This document shows positions 26,751 through 39,740 of a stretch of DNA of 64,000 nucleotides, one piece after another; positions within the stretch are counted from its first letter, which is position 1; each line of letters starts with the position of its first letter. The notes below the pieces were generated by a model. It did no database searches. It was not told where the DNA came from and saw only the letters and a program-made list of their open reading frames with translations. The stretch comes from Mobula hypostoma (Eukaryota), in contig NC_086109.1 of assembly GCF_963921235.1 (NCBI RefSeq), positions 35,528,001-35,592,000 of the forward strand, written 5' to 3'. The translations under genes and the position numbers were made by a program.

Positions 26751-27885
26751 TATGGGTCCTCAATAGGATAAAGGGTTGGTTTTTCATAAAGTACTCCAGG
26801 TGAAGCAAGCCCTCCGTGATTCCAAAGGTCTGTTTTACAAGAATGAAGATAACATATTCCCACCAATATTAAAAATGCAAATTCCAATCCAGTATTTTTG
26901 GGAATAATTGGAAACTTGCACTCTCAATAAAATGCACAGCATTAGCAACTATTGTATTAAGCATGTGTGTTTCCCCCTTCATATAACTTCCAGTCACAGT
27001 GAAAAGGCATAACAATAGTCCCCTACTTTGATGAAAGATTGTGGGTTGGAACAAGTTGACTCTTTGTTTAACCTTCAAGTCCTTGCATGAGGTGATCAAA
27101 ATAAATGACAGGGAAAAGGTGAGCCCCTTAATAGCATTTTAAATTCCTTGTCATAAAGTGTGATCTTGAGAGTTTTAGGGGAGGGAATTCCAAAGGAGTC
27201 TATGACATCCATTCTATCTGACTGCATGAAGTTCAGATACCCATGTTCAACTGGAGAATCCAAACTTCAAAAGGCTCAAGTTCAAATTGAAATTCAGAGT
27301 TTCATTCGTATAAACTTCTGACAAAAAAGACAAATCTTGAGACTTGAAGGAGACCATTGAGCAGAGATGCTAAACTCATTCCTCTCTCCAAATATGGTGT
27401 CTGACTTGCTAGAAATTTAGTATTTTCACTCTTTTTTTCATGCTAAGTTCTGCTAAGTTTTTAAAAGTGACCAATTTACATGGAAGAACAAAAATGCAGA
27501 TGATTGGAAATAAATCCCAGATATCCGGGAAATACTCAACAGGTCAGGCTCGATTTGTAGAAAGAAGAAAAAAGTTAATGTGTTATACTGATGACTTTTC
27601 ATCAGAAAGATTAGAATATTTTTTAAGTTGTAGAAGTTTTTTAAACTGTAGAATATGTCTTCAATTGTAGAAAAAGTGGAGGGAAATAAGAGACCAAGAG
27701 GAACTGAGTGACAGAAGTGGAATCAATGCCACATTGGAGAGGATGATAAAGACACGTTTATGGCAGACTATCTGTTTGGAGGAGATGTACCTTAGAGGAT
27801 ATAAATAAGTAACAGAGGAGGAGGGGGGAAGAAAATATCAAACCACACTGGAAGTGTTAAATGCAAATGATACATTTAAAAAAAT

Positions 27886-28080
27886 GGTGGCTGGTGGTGT
27901 AGTGGCATCAGAGCATCCTTCAAGGTGAATGGTCCTGAGTTCGAATCCAGGTGGCTCCTTGCACACTTTTCACCTGTGCGTGGTTGAGTGTCGGGCTTTG
28001 TAAAAAGCAGTCAATTGCTACAGAAATGGGAAAAATGCCACCCAATGAGCCACGTGGAGCAAAAGGGAACAACAACAGCA
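27886..28080 (+). mobile_element. tRNA-derived SINE with (AAC)n tail
   Basis: A box TGGTGTAGTGG (~27894), B box GAGTTCGAATCC (~27937), non-tRNA body, and end gggaacaacaacagca. Confidence 0.7.
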
Positions 28081-28409
28081 AGATAAGTAAAATACTACAG
28101 TTGCCAATAAAAAAAATTAAAAATGAAGCAATAGAAATACTCAGCAGATCAGGCACCATTTGTTCAGAGGTACAAAGCTATTTAATGCCAGATGAACTTA
28201 TATTGAAAACATATCAAGTTGTACATTCATTATGGTGTCATTCATGAACAAGAGTATTAAAACATTTTTCAGCCAACGAAGCTGTTTTTCAAATACTGAC
28301 AATATTGTGGTTTCATCAGTATAACAGTAGATGTGCACATTAGTTCCCATGTTTAGTAATATGTTAATAATCAAATTTTTGTGATGAGGATTAAGTACCA
28401 ATTGGAACA

Positions 28410-28512
28410 AAAAACACTCCTCAGCTCTTCCTCAAGTAGCTCTGTGGGAACTTTTATTTTCATCTGAATGAGCACATAGGTTCATGCTGTGACGTCTTAT
28501 TTAAAAGATGGA
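28410..28512 (-). mobile_element. Possible DeuSINE (SacSINE1/AmnSINE1-type Deu domain) fragment
   Basis: ctcttcctcaagtagctctgtgggaactttta..tcatctga...gacgtcttatttaaaagatgg resembles the recalled reverse Deu domain (ctcttc..aatagtgccatgggatcttttacatccacctga...aacgtctcatccgaaagacgg). Confidence 0.45.
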
Positions 28513-29294
28513 TTACTCTTGGTGGAAAACATGCAGCAACCATAAAATATGGAAGTGAAGTTTAGGAAACGAATCCTTAGAGTACAACACTGCTGCAAAA
28601 TTTGTGTGGTCACTGAGCTGATAGTGTGTCCAGCTTCACTGGCGGATGTGCCATTGTAATATTGCAAGTGTTAGAAGCACTGTGGGAGTTAGAGGAACAT
28701 GATATGATCTGTCTTCAGCTAATCTACAGAAGACACGAGTCCAAAAAATACACTTGCAGAACAAAACTAAACTCAGTGTATAAAGTCAACCTGACAGATT
28801 GATGAAAGCAGACGTGATAACTGCAAAAAACTTGAGGAAGTTATGATCTTAATTTCACAGAATGCTGATTCTGTTAGTTGAACAGCACATATAAGAATAT
28901 TGTATACTAAACATCTTTAGTCATGAATAATAACATTAGAAAATAACAACTTGACATGAGACTAACAGAATCTGAACACCGGAAAACTTAAGGGCCCTGG
29001 TGGAGTTATTGCCATCACATAACAACTTCAGCCAGCCGAGATATTACAGTTATAATCTCAATCAAGCTCCCAGTGATGACAGGTCCAGAGAACAAAAGAT
29101 GCCCAGGAGTATTCTTGATTAATGGGATAAGTCAGGAAGACTGCCAAGACTGTGACAAAATATGGAAATTTTAAATATGAAACTCCAGTAAGTCATGTTT
29201 AAACCATCATATGTTACTGTTGGTAACATAAGAACAGTGACTACTTAAATGGGATGCACTGTATTAGAAATGAGAAACAATATTGGATATTGAG

Positions 29295-29750
29295 CGACAC
29301 GCATAAAATGCTGGAGGAACTCAGCCCAACTCAAATTGGGCAGCATCTATGGAGGTATTAAATAGGTGACATTTTGGGGTAAAACCTTTTATCAGGACTG
29401 GAAAGGAAGGGGGAGAAGAATAAGAAGGTGGGGGCGGGGGTGACTGGAAAAGAAGCCGGCAGGTGATAGGTGAAACCAGGTGAGGGGGAAGATGAGTGGG
29501 TGGGGGAGAGGTGATGAAATAAAGTGCTTGGCAGGTGAAGGGCTGAGAGGAGAACCAGGATGGAAAATGGAAAAATAAAGTGGAGGGGAGGAAATTAACA
29601 GAAGTTTTATCGATTAATGTTCAAGCCATCAAGTTGGAGGTCACTCCAGACAGAATATGAGAAGTTGCTCCTTCAAATTGAATGTGGCCTCATCATGGCA
29701 ATAGAGGAGGCCATGGACCAATATGTCAAAATGGGAATGGGGACTGGAAA
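29295..29750 (-). mobile_element. Penelope-like element 3' fragment
   Basis: Homologous to 10575-11040 and to the reverse of 16810-17360. Confidence 0.75.
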
Positions 29751-30399
29751 CTGAACAGGGACGGTAGTGTTCAGGGTATTAAGAGAGCTATATTGAAGGA
29801 AATAGAGGAGGTTACAGGTGTCTTCTATGGTTATTTGCTAAGCTTTTGGAAGCACACACCCCTGAATAGTAGGAAAACATTTCGGAAATCAATCTGCAAG
29901 TAAGGACAATATGATTCTTCTCTCTGCTTAAAATCAGACTTTGATTTATAGAGATCCAATGTTGGGCTGCAAGATTAGAGTGATGGTTGAAAGGCATCTT
30001 GGTTTGAGTTAGAACATAGGTAACTGAGTTCTGAAAAACTTCCAGATCATAGAAATAAAACTTGAATATACAATCATTACACTGAATACAGCTTCACAAA
30101 TATGGGTTTGGGGAGGAAGGGGAAAGCAAAGTGGTATGATGTTCAGAGTTCCCCAACATCACCCACATGCGTAGTACTCAAGGTTTTCTCTGTCATTTCT
30201 TTCTGGTTTCTCTGAACTCAATAAGCACCAAATAGTTGCGATGGCAAATGAAAGTCTACTTGGTGAGCACAGTCTCCAGACTCAAGTAGCACTTTTCCAA
30301 AGAAACAGTTTCCATAACACTCCAGGATTTGCCAGAGTTATCTCTTTCACTTGACCTCAAATCATTCCCAAAACCCCAGAGTCTCGATAAAATATTGTG

Positions 30400-30730
30400 G
30401 TCAAAGAGTTATAAAGAACAGAAATAGACACAGCACACTATGTCCCTGCCAACCAGCAGGTATCCACCTAAGCTGATCATTTTTACCAGCACTTGGTCTA
30501 TAGTCTATTATGCCTCGGTGATTCAAGTGCCCAACTAGACAATCCGAAATATTGTGAGAATACCTGACTTCACCACCTTCTCAGACGGTGTGTTGCATCC
30601 ACCCTCTGTGTGAAAGAATTCTTCCAAAGCTCTCCCTTACATATCACCTTAAACCTCAGCCCTCTGATCTTAAGACACCTCTTCCATGGAGAGAACTTAC
30701 TTAATATCTACCACATCTAGACCTCTCATA
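30400..30730 (-). mobile_element. Degenerate CR1 3' fragment
   Basis: caccctctgtgtgaaaga...caccttaaacct..gccctctg pattern of the CR1 ORF2 end. Confidence 0.55.
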
Positions 30731-31834
30731 CCTTCTTTCAATTCATCAGGGTCTCAGTCCCACTTTCCATTTAAATTATCTGAGCTCTGCTTGCCACATT
30801 CCTTTTAGAGTCTGATTTTCTTTGCTCCCCTTGAGGTTACCAGGCTGCTTGTTGGCGAATGTTCTTTAAATAGACAAAGGCCACATTTTCTGCACACAGT
30901 CTTCAACCTATCTACATGAACTTCAAATTCTCAAACTTTGGGTAACCTTTTCCTTTTTCTCTCTCCTCATGAATCCACCGGCTTCCCACCATCATCCCCC
31001 CCCCCAACCCCTCCCGTTCTTCCCAAGTAAAAGCAATCCAGACTTTCAAGTCTCTCCTCTTAACTGAAAAATTCCATCCCAGGCAACATCCTGATGAATA
31101 TGCTCTGCCTACTCTGAGTGAACTCATATTCTGGCAATAAGTCTTGAACTTCTGGAAATTGTCTTTCCTGGTAGACTTGGTAACTTTCCAGACAATCCAA
31201 GTGTGTTAGGAAACTTAATTATGCGTGATTTAATTTCCTGTTCTGTTTCCATATGCTGTTGGTAACTCAATCAGAAGAAAGTGGCATATCAAAGTATAAG
31301 CTGTAAAAGGTGCTGACTTGCACACGCTAATGTGCAAATGCTGCCTTAAAATAACTCAGGTGATGCCACACTGAACATTTGAATTAACACCAATCACAAT
31401 ATCTGTGCTGTTATAAGCAACAACTTATCAGTAGGTCCTACCAGTCAAAGCTGTGATTCCACCTCTCCTCACAAACGCTGCTGATCTCTGGGGGAGAGAT
31501 TTGTCTTCGGTCGACAGTTCCAAATCATTGCAAGAATATGGGCTGCTCATTAGCTAACATTGGCCTCAATGGAACTGACGGTGGGTTATTTTTGGACAGC
31601 AGTGAGATGAACCCATGGCACAGGGGAGATTTTTCTGCAATATTGTTTTTAACACACACCATATCACAGGTAATCTGGCCAGAATTTGAGGCGACATTTA
31701 GTGATCATGGTGTATTTTTTTTTGCAGCTTAGTTACAAGCTTGATTCAAACATTCTGATGCAACTTCATTGTTAATATACCTTTCTTTAACAAAGTTTGA
31801 GAATTATTAACAGAATTGTCATTTACTGGATGCT

Positions 31835-32115
31835 TTTTTTTAATCTAATGAGATACCACATGAAATAGGCAATTCTGGCCCTTTTGAGCCAGGCCGCCCA
31901 GCAATCGCCTGATTAATCCTAGCCTAATCATGAGACAAGTTACAAGTAAACTACCAACTGCTATGTCTTTGGACTGTGGAAGAAAATCGGAGCACCTGGA
32001 GGAGACCCACACAGTCATGGGGAGAAAATACAAGCTCCTTCGAGGGAGCAGCGGAATTAAATCCAGGTCACCTGTCCTGTAAAGCACTGTGCTAACCACT
32101 GCATTACCATCCAGC
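31835..32115 (-). mobile_element. HE1-like V-SINE
   Basis: Homologous to 3995-4290: tRNA-like head gcagtggttagcacagtgctttac, V-domain, CR1-like tail. Confidence 0.82.
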
Positions 32116-32172
32116 CCAATTTTACGTGCACTCTAAAGACACTTGTGCATGAAAATCTCAGAAGATCAGCAG

Positions 32173-34978
32173 TGTTGTGTGTTTAATGTTACAATTAAGA
32201 ATTCTTGTTTGTTTAAATAATTCATTATGGGTTATATGTACAAATACATGAATTACCAACGTCATCATACTCCCACGTGATACGTGTGTGACTCAGTTAA
32301 AATAAACGTGACGCTAGACCAGCAATTTGGACTCCTGTGTCTTCCTTTGAATTAGTTTAATGTTTAGAACTTACAAAACATAACACTAGGGACGAGGTAT
32401 ATTTAAAATGAATCTGAGATGGATATCAACCTGTTGAAATGTAGCAAGAAGTTCAAACTTAAAGAAATGAGGAACAGTAGAACTTAATAAAAAGCCCAGC
32501 ATATGGAATGACAGTCGAGTTTTTTTTTAAAGTCAGAAAATGGAAGAATTCATGGATGATAATAATCATAAAAAGGGCAGAAATGCCTGCCTGCATCAGA
32601 AAGATAGGCATGTTTGATTACACAGTAGATAATTGTTTTTATATATACCGAGCAAATGGAGTTGTATTTTGAAGCACATCCAACAGCCAATGAGAAACAA
32701 GTCCTAATTTTGCAGAGTTCATTGGGTTTAAAGGTATACATTTTGCTTCAATCAAATTCAAAGTTTAAATGCTCCAACCAAAACAGCAGAAATGATATTT
32801 CTTGATATTGTGAAAGTAATGCGGGAGTATTTAGAACTAAAACCATTGTTGATTGCAGAATGCTTTTGGTTTCATAAGTAGAATCGAAAAGAAGAGCAGT
32901 CCATTTCAGTGTACGAGGCTGAATTAAAAAGATTGTCTGAGCATTGTCAGTTCGGTAATGGGCTTGATGATACACTAAGAGATTGTTTAGTTTGTGGAAT
33001 CTTAAAGGGAAGCATTCAAAAATGGCTCCAAACTGAGGCACAGCATACATTAAAAAAAAATAAAATCACTGTTTCAATGGAAACCGCAGACAGAGATGCA
33101 ATTGAGTTGCAGTCAAGAATGAAAGTGAACATGAATAAAATTGCGATGTTTAAGTAGAAACCAGCCTGGCTGAGCAAATTGTGTTATTGTTGTGGCAGGT
33201 GCTCACACCAAACAAATGCAGGTTTAAAGGTGAAATTTGCAGAAAAATGCTACTAAATAGGACACAGACAAAGAATATGTCGGACAGACAAAAATAAATG
33301 GACTGCTCATGGAAAAGAAGAAAAACTAAAATGTCAAACTGTAGTTTCAAAGACAGCACTAAACTGCATGCTGTTGATATGAAATCTGATAATGATGATA
33401 GTAACACAGAACTGTATAGCCTTTAGATTTAGATTGTGAAAATTAACAACAGACAAGCAATATGGGTTACACTAGAAGTGCATGGCAAATTAATTAAAAT
33501 GGAATTAGACACTGGTTCAGCTGTTTCAGATATTGTTTAAGAGGCATCTCAAAGACACTAAACTGAAGCCTGCAGGTGCTTAACTAAGAATTTATACTGG
33601 AGAAAAGATAACTCCAGAGAGAATGACATCCATAACAATGAAATGCAGCAATCAACAAGCCACATTGAGCTGGTATGTGGACCAGCACTGTGGAGGCATG
33701 AGTGGTTGAGACAAGTGTGACTTGATTTGAGATCCATTCACAATTTGCATGCCAAGTTCTCTGCAACAGAGTCAACTGAAGCTGAATTAAGAAAGGTACT
33801 GTATGATGTCACAACGGTCTCCATGCTGCACACCATGAACCATTGCCCAATGGAAGGCAAACAGGTGTTGGTGCCAAACTTTATGCCTCTGGGTGGAAAG
33901 CATATTGGACCAAGGAAGAGCCAAGCTGCTTAGCGGAATTGTGAAAGTGTCAAATGCAGTAGTCCAACCACAACAGCTTTGGTAGGCAACATATCTGAGA
34001 AAGCTTCTGATATTTTAATCAGGCAGTTACTTTCGAAATCTGGCTTCGTTTTAAGCTGGAAGAGAGTTCAAGGAGCTTTGTGAAAAGTTGCAAGCATTCA
34101 GCTTTTGTGAGTATTATGATTCAGAATTGATCTCTGTGTGTTAAAGTTATTGGATGACTTCAAGTGGGAGACAAAAAGTTGCTTGCAAAAGTAGTTGCAA
34201 AGACCAAAGCCCAGCTGGATGAAAGGATCGAATGGAGAAATGAAAACAGAGGATTTGTAAGATGATGTTGTGGATTGAGAAACCAAGTGAAGAGGTCAGA
34301 TCGTAAAGGGAGCAATAGAAGGGTTAATAAGGGAGGATTCCAGGGAACTAAATGCACCTTCTCTAGATCAGGATGCACAAACTAGATGAAGAAAAATGAA
34401 GAAGAAAGGTGGCTACCATTGTCAGAACTACTTCCTACCATCTCAGAGTCACCACAACTATCACGGAGGAGGCTTCAGAACCTGAGATTGTTTCACAGCC
34501 CCAAGTCTCACCTGCCAAGCAGAGTGATCTCCCCTTTTCAAGAAAGACATTATACCACAAGAGTATGAAATTATGCACAGTGACAAAGTCTTTAGGCCTG
34601 AATGGGACAAATTAAATTTACTGTGCTGTGGGTGTTTGTATATAGTAGTTGTATTATATAAATACTGTGTATATATTTGGGATGTCTTCTCTATTGCATT
34701 TGAGTTTACAGCTATGCAGGCTGAAGTGTTGTGTATTTAGTATTTAAAATATATTTGAGTAATCTTCTATATATATTAGTTGATTAAGTATTTTTGCTTG
34801 TTTAAATACTGTAATTCATCAATTCATTATGTTTAAGTACATGAATTGCATATGCTGTCATGGTAACATGTGATATGTGCGCACCTCATTTAAAGTAAAC
34901 CTGAAGGCAGACCTGCATTTCGGACTCCTATGTCTTCCTTTAAATTAGTTCAATGTTTAGAAGTTACCAAATGTAACA
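32173..34978 (+). mobile_element. Internally deleted Gypsy LTR retrotransposon with both LTRs
   Basis: LTRs 32173-32385 and 34727-34978 both start TGTTGTG and end ggactcct.tgtcttccttt.aattagtt.aatgtttagaa.ttac...TAACA. A PBS-like ctagggacgagg follows the 5' LTR. Gag (ATG 32583; ELKRLSEHCQFG..LDDTLRDCLVCG), a Cys knuckle and protease MELDTGSAVS (~33500) are present. RT/RNase H/IN are not recognisable. Confidence 0.85.
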
Positions 34979-34989
34979 AAAAGTTAGAA

Positions 34990-35228
34990 AATATAACTAG
35001 CAATTTCTGAGATACTCAAACCACCCCATCTGGCACCAGCAATCATTCAATAGACAATGTCACTTAGATCACATTTTTTCCTCCATTTTGATGTCCAGTC
35101 TGAATGAACCTATTGACAATGTCTGGATAACTTTATGCATTGAGTTGATGCCACATGATTTGCTAATTAGATATTAGCATTAACAAGAAACTGTACAGAT
35201 GTACTTAATAAACTGGTTACTGAATGCA
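34990..35228. mobile_element. Terminal fragment of a non-autonomous Tc1-like element
   Basis: ...gttgatgccacatgatttgctaattagatattagcattaac...gtacagatgtacttaataaactggttactgaatg resembles a recalled fish Tc1-type terminal repeat. Confidence 0.5.
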
Positions 35229-35404
35229 TATCAGATGTTATAGAAATAAATTATGTTGCCTGGATTCAATGTTGTAAGTTAAACAGTGAAATATGATATA
35301 CCGGTATACAAGTAAGCTTAAAGAAGTCTTGGAAAAAGAGTTGACAAGGTAGATCAAAGCTCTCTTCTTCTATTCAAGAGTCACTGAGAAAAGCTTGACC
35401 AATA

Positions 35405-35720
35405 CAAGAAAACAAGAACAGGAGTAAACTGTCAGATCCCTCAAGCCTGCCCCACCATTCAATATGATCATGGCCTTACCTCCTCTCCTGTGCCATTTCC
35501 TCGTAACCCTCAATTCACTGATCTTCCAAATATTTGTCTATCTCCATCTTAAATAAATCTAATGGTCTGGCCAGAAAATCCCAGAGCTCAATTAGTCTCG
35601 GAAAGAAGAAGTTTCTGTACACTCAGTTTCAAATGACTGGACCCTTATTTTACTGCTATGACTTGCTGTTTGTGATTCTAAACTAGTAAAAACATCTCAA
35701 CATTATTCCTGTCAAGATTT
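35405..35720 (-). mobile_element. Degenerate CR1 3' fragment
   Basis: caagaacaggagta..c..tcag..ccctcaagcctgccccaccattcaatatgatcatggc. Confidence 0.6.
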
Positions 35721-36283
35721 AAGAATTCTGCAGCACCCTTTGAGATTCTGTGAGACAAAAAAAATCAGACAAGTTTGGGACAGTATTATTATTGATTTGT
35801 TAAATTATTAGCTACATCTCTGGTAATCTTTATCATATACTAGATGGCATGACAGGAAATGACAGATTTCAGATCACCAAAGGCAATAAGGCAATTTATT
35901 CTGGGCCTTTACAGATTTTTCAAGGCCATATTTCATAATATTATTAAACTTTGAAGCAAGAGGTTAAATAAAACTAACTGCTATAGATTGTAACAGATAT
36001 CATGGGGAACTTCCTTGGTTCCTGAGTCATTAAATCGGCAGTACTAATCCATAAGATTCAAATATTTTTATTAATCAGTGAATACGTCAAGTGAGTGTAT
36101 CGATATAAATCTGGTGCTAGCTTTTTGAACCCCTGAGCAGGGGCCATTTGCAATGTATTAACTCTGTGGTATCCAAATTGATTTGATATTGACCAAAGAG
36201 AGGATTCTTTATATAATAGTAGTAGAATTTGCTGCAGCAATAATTTTTACAGTAACATATTTTCTTACCTTATTCCATTAACA

Positions 36284-36362
36284 TAGGGGGTCCCAACCTC
36301 TTTAATGCCATGGACCCTTACTATTAACGGAGGGATGCATGAACCCCAGATTGGGAACCTTG
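36284..36362. mobile_element. ~80-bp hAT/Charlie-like MITE
   Basis: Imperfect TIRs TAGGGGGTCCCAAC...TTGGGAACCTTG; 8-bp flanks CATTAACA / AATTAAAG (5/8 match). Confidence 0.55.
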
Positions 36363-37184
36363 AATTAAAGTATATTAGAGATTGCAATTGTAAGCGTCCA
36401 CACCCACTGACCCTGTGCTGGGCTTGTTGTTGGTTGTCCCTGACTATCAATCACAACCTTTGGCTTGATTATCCATACTCAGCAGTAATGGGTATGTCCA
36501 CAAGGCATCTGATTGCAGCCAATGCTCCCTGGCAGTTGTTCTCACACTGACCACTGTACTTGCATTGATCTAACTGACCAGGTTCTTGATCCTCTGTTCT
36601 ACCCCAGTGAATGATTACCCAGGCCTGACCCAGCATCCGGCTGACTGAGGAATTAGAATCTTCTCAATTCATGTACAGGTCATGTGTGAAATAACTGGGT
36701 AGCTCTTGCACTGATGTGATGGACTGGGTGGCTTCCTTCATTTGCTCTGTAATTCAATGATTGGGACCCTGTAAGCAGGTTGATACATGACAGGGCACTG
36801 GCAGAATAGCACTCAGAAAATCAGTGAAGTACAAGACAGTGTTGGAGATATATGGAAACATTTTGCAGGCATCTCATAAAATTACTAGATATATTTATTT
36901 TAATTTACAATTGCTGCAATCCACGGCTTCTAATTTCTCTTTAAGAAATGTACTTTTATACCATCAAATAAATCAGCATTTTTGCAATCTCTTGAAGGAT
37001 TTGGTGAAGTTAATTCTCAGAAATGCATGTACTCCACCTTGATGTGAATGAAGGTCAGCCATCGCCAGTAGAGAGGGCACTGGCGTGAACTTCACCACTA
37101 TTCCATGCTAGCCAAGAGCCTCCACTTGAGCCCATCCCATCTGCTTGCTTTTGACCCATCTCTCTCTCTTCTCATGACCACTAA

Positions 37185-37457
37185 TGGGTGAGTTTGCAGG
37201 AGTCTTGGGTCCCATGCCGCCAAGTTCAGGATAAGTTGTTTCCCTCCGCAACTCATGAACCAGCGTGGATGGCTTCACTTGCCTCAGTATGATTTGTCCT
37301 ATTTTGCACATTGGATGTTTGTCAGTCTTTGTTTTGTGTGTTTTTTCATGGATTCTATTCTATTTGTTTATTTTCCTGTGGGTGCCTGCTGGAAAAGAAA
37401 TCTGAAGGTTGTATATGGTATACATACTTGGATAATAAATTTACTTTGAACTTTGAA
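37185..37457 (+). mobile_element. Rex/Babar LINE 3' fragment
   Basis: caagttcaggataagttg... and tail gataataaatttactttgaactttgaa. Confidence 0.7.
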
Positions 37458-39449
37458 ATGGCTTATCTTGCGCTTCACGTTTGAAGCTAAAAATGCCATA
37501 GATAATCCAAAAGGAAATGATGATTAATTATTTGGCCATCTCAGCCTGACACGATGCTTTTGGCCTGTCTGCCAGGCTTCTGAGTTCCTGAACATTTTTT
37601 TCGTAACTCCCATAATTCAATTTATTGTAAAGAAACAGCAATGGATCCTGTGTCAGAAGACCCCCTACCAGTTGAAACAAATCACCTGAAAGAAACTGAA
37701 ACTTGTTGGAAGTTCTCCCACTCTGATTTAATAAATTGCCACCTCTTAGTTAAGTACAAATGCAGTTACCATGCATTTAAGGCATCATCTAATAATCATT
37801 TGCAAATTGCAAGGTTCTCAGGACGGTTGAGGCTTTCTAGTTTACTTGCACTGTGTGTAAGGATGCTATCACAAAACTGTTAACAGAATTATACATCATA
37901 GAGTGTCTATGCTATATAATTTCAAAATCTTTGTTTAATTTTCTGCAAGAAATGTGTTAGTTTATTAAATTACATTAACCTATAAACCCAATCAATTATT
38001 GTTAATTAGAGGTACGTAGTTATTAATGTAGTACATTGGATCTAAATATCGAATAGAAAATTCAAAGTTTTAACAATATTAGTATATTTTCCCTTTACTA
38101 GTTAAACCATTGGTAAGTAAAAGTAATTTATATTGAGGGCATTTAACAGCAATATTTCTCAATGATTAACTTTAAATTGATTTCACTATATTTTTATGCA
38201 TTAAATGAAAAAAAAAGATGGTGATGAGTTTGTGTATTTTGGTTCTCACGAGCTTACTGTGACAGGTACCTAACAAGCCACACCAGATGGCACTCATTTA
38301 TAGAATAATGCCTGTTTCTAGTCAGAAATCTCAATTAAACCTGCACTTTCACAATTGCGAAACATGACATTACTTAACCACCCCCATGCCACCTGCAGTG
38401 TCACCTGAATAGACTACGTGACTATTAATGAAATAGTGCTTAATTTTACTGTTGGAAGTTCTGGTATGCTTCTGAAGTTACAGAATAGATACCTGTATCA
38501 CCCCAACTGGAGTGCATGTTAATGAATTAAATTGCAGAAGGTATGCAAGTTGGGAATAGAGACAATGCAGAGGATTTTGAAATGATGACTAGGGAAAGAA
38601 AGAAGAAACCAAACCAGGCATTCCTGGACTTAAATATTTGTAGGTCGTGACTAATGGCAACACAATTAATAGATACAACTGTAGTTTCAGGATGCAAAGG
38701 CAACCAGCAGGCATACAAATCTTCTCATTTTCAAAACTAGCAAAATTACTAGAAAAAAGGAAAATGCAATTGCTAAAATAGGAGGCTACAAAGAAAAATA
38801 ATGAAATCACAGACTTATTCAATGAGTACTTCATTTTTCATGTCAGAAGAAAGGAAAATATCAGCAGGAAATAATAACTTCAGAATGAGGATGGATTTCA
38901 TATAAATAACAAAAACAGCACAGAGGAAGGCAGGCATATCTTTAGGCCTTTCATTCCAGACTATTAAACAAAAGAAACAAAGTAATTGTAGTCAACAGTC
39001 ACAACCTTTCAAAACTCTTTGATTCAGAAATCGCACATAATGTACGCTAAAATATCGTTGTTGAAGAAAGGAAGGCAACAATAGATACTGTATATCTGCA
39101 GTAATTTCTATTCAATTAATGTTCAACTCTCAACTGAGAGTGAGGAAGTACATGATCAGTTATTAGGAGATCTATGTGAATTTGTGATGAGAGAGTTCAC
39201 CTTGAGTAATCTTGTTAAATTTTCTGAGAAAGTATTGTCTTTGTGGATTATTAAATTCATGTGATTATTAACTGTATTCAAATGCTGGAAATTTGAGATG
39301 AGCATCTGACAAGGGCTGTTACTTTGGAAGTAGTTTAAAGAGAGTAGCAAAGTGGGAGATATTTCTTGAGTAAATGCAAGTGTTACAAATGTAAACTGTT
39401 GCAGATGCTTGAAGTCTGAAATAAAAACAAAACATGCTGGAATTAAAGA

Positions 39450-39740
39450 CTAAAAGGATTAGCTTTATTTGTCACATGTACATCAAAACCTACAGTGTAA
39501 TTTGTTTACATCAATGACCAACACGGTCCAAGTTGTGCTGGGAACAGCCCTCAGGTGTTGTCATGCTTCTGGCACCAACATAGCATGCCCTCAACTTACT
39601 ATCCCTAAATCATGCATCTTTGGATTGTGGGAGGAAACCGTAGCACCTGGAGGAAACCTATACGGTTATGGGTAGAACATACAAACTCCTCACAGATAGC
39701 ACAGCAATTGTGTCCTGATCTTACAGGTAGCGCTACATTA
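39450..39740 (-). mobile_element. V-domain SINE with a non-CR1 3' tail
   Basis: V core ctttggattgtgggaggaaaccg.agcacctggaggaaacc...tacaaactcct joined to a tail ...gatgtacatgtgacaaataaagctaatc that differs from the HE1 copies. Confidence 0.7.

Noticed and set aside
27886..27960. tRNA gene
   Set aside because: It has A/B boxes but no convincing cloverleaf and continues into a SINE body and tail.
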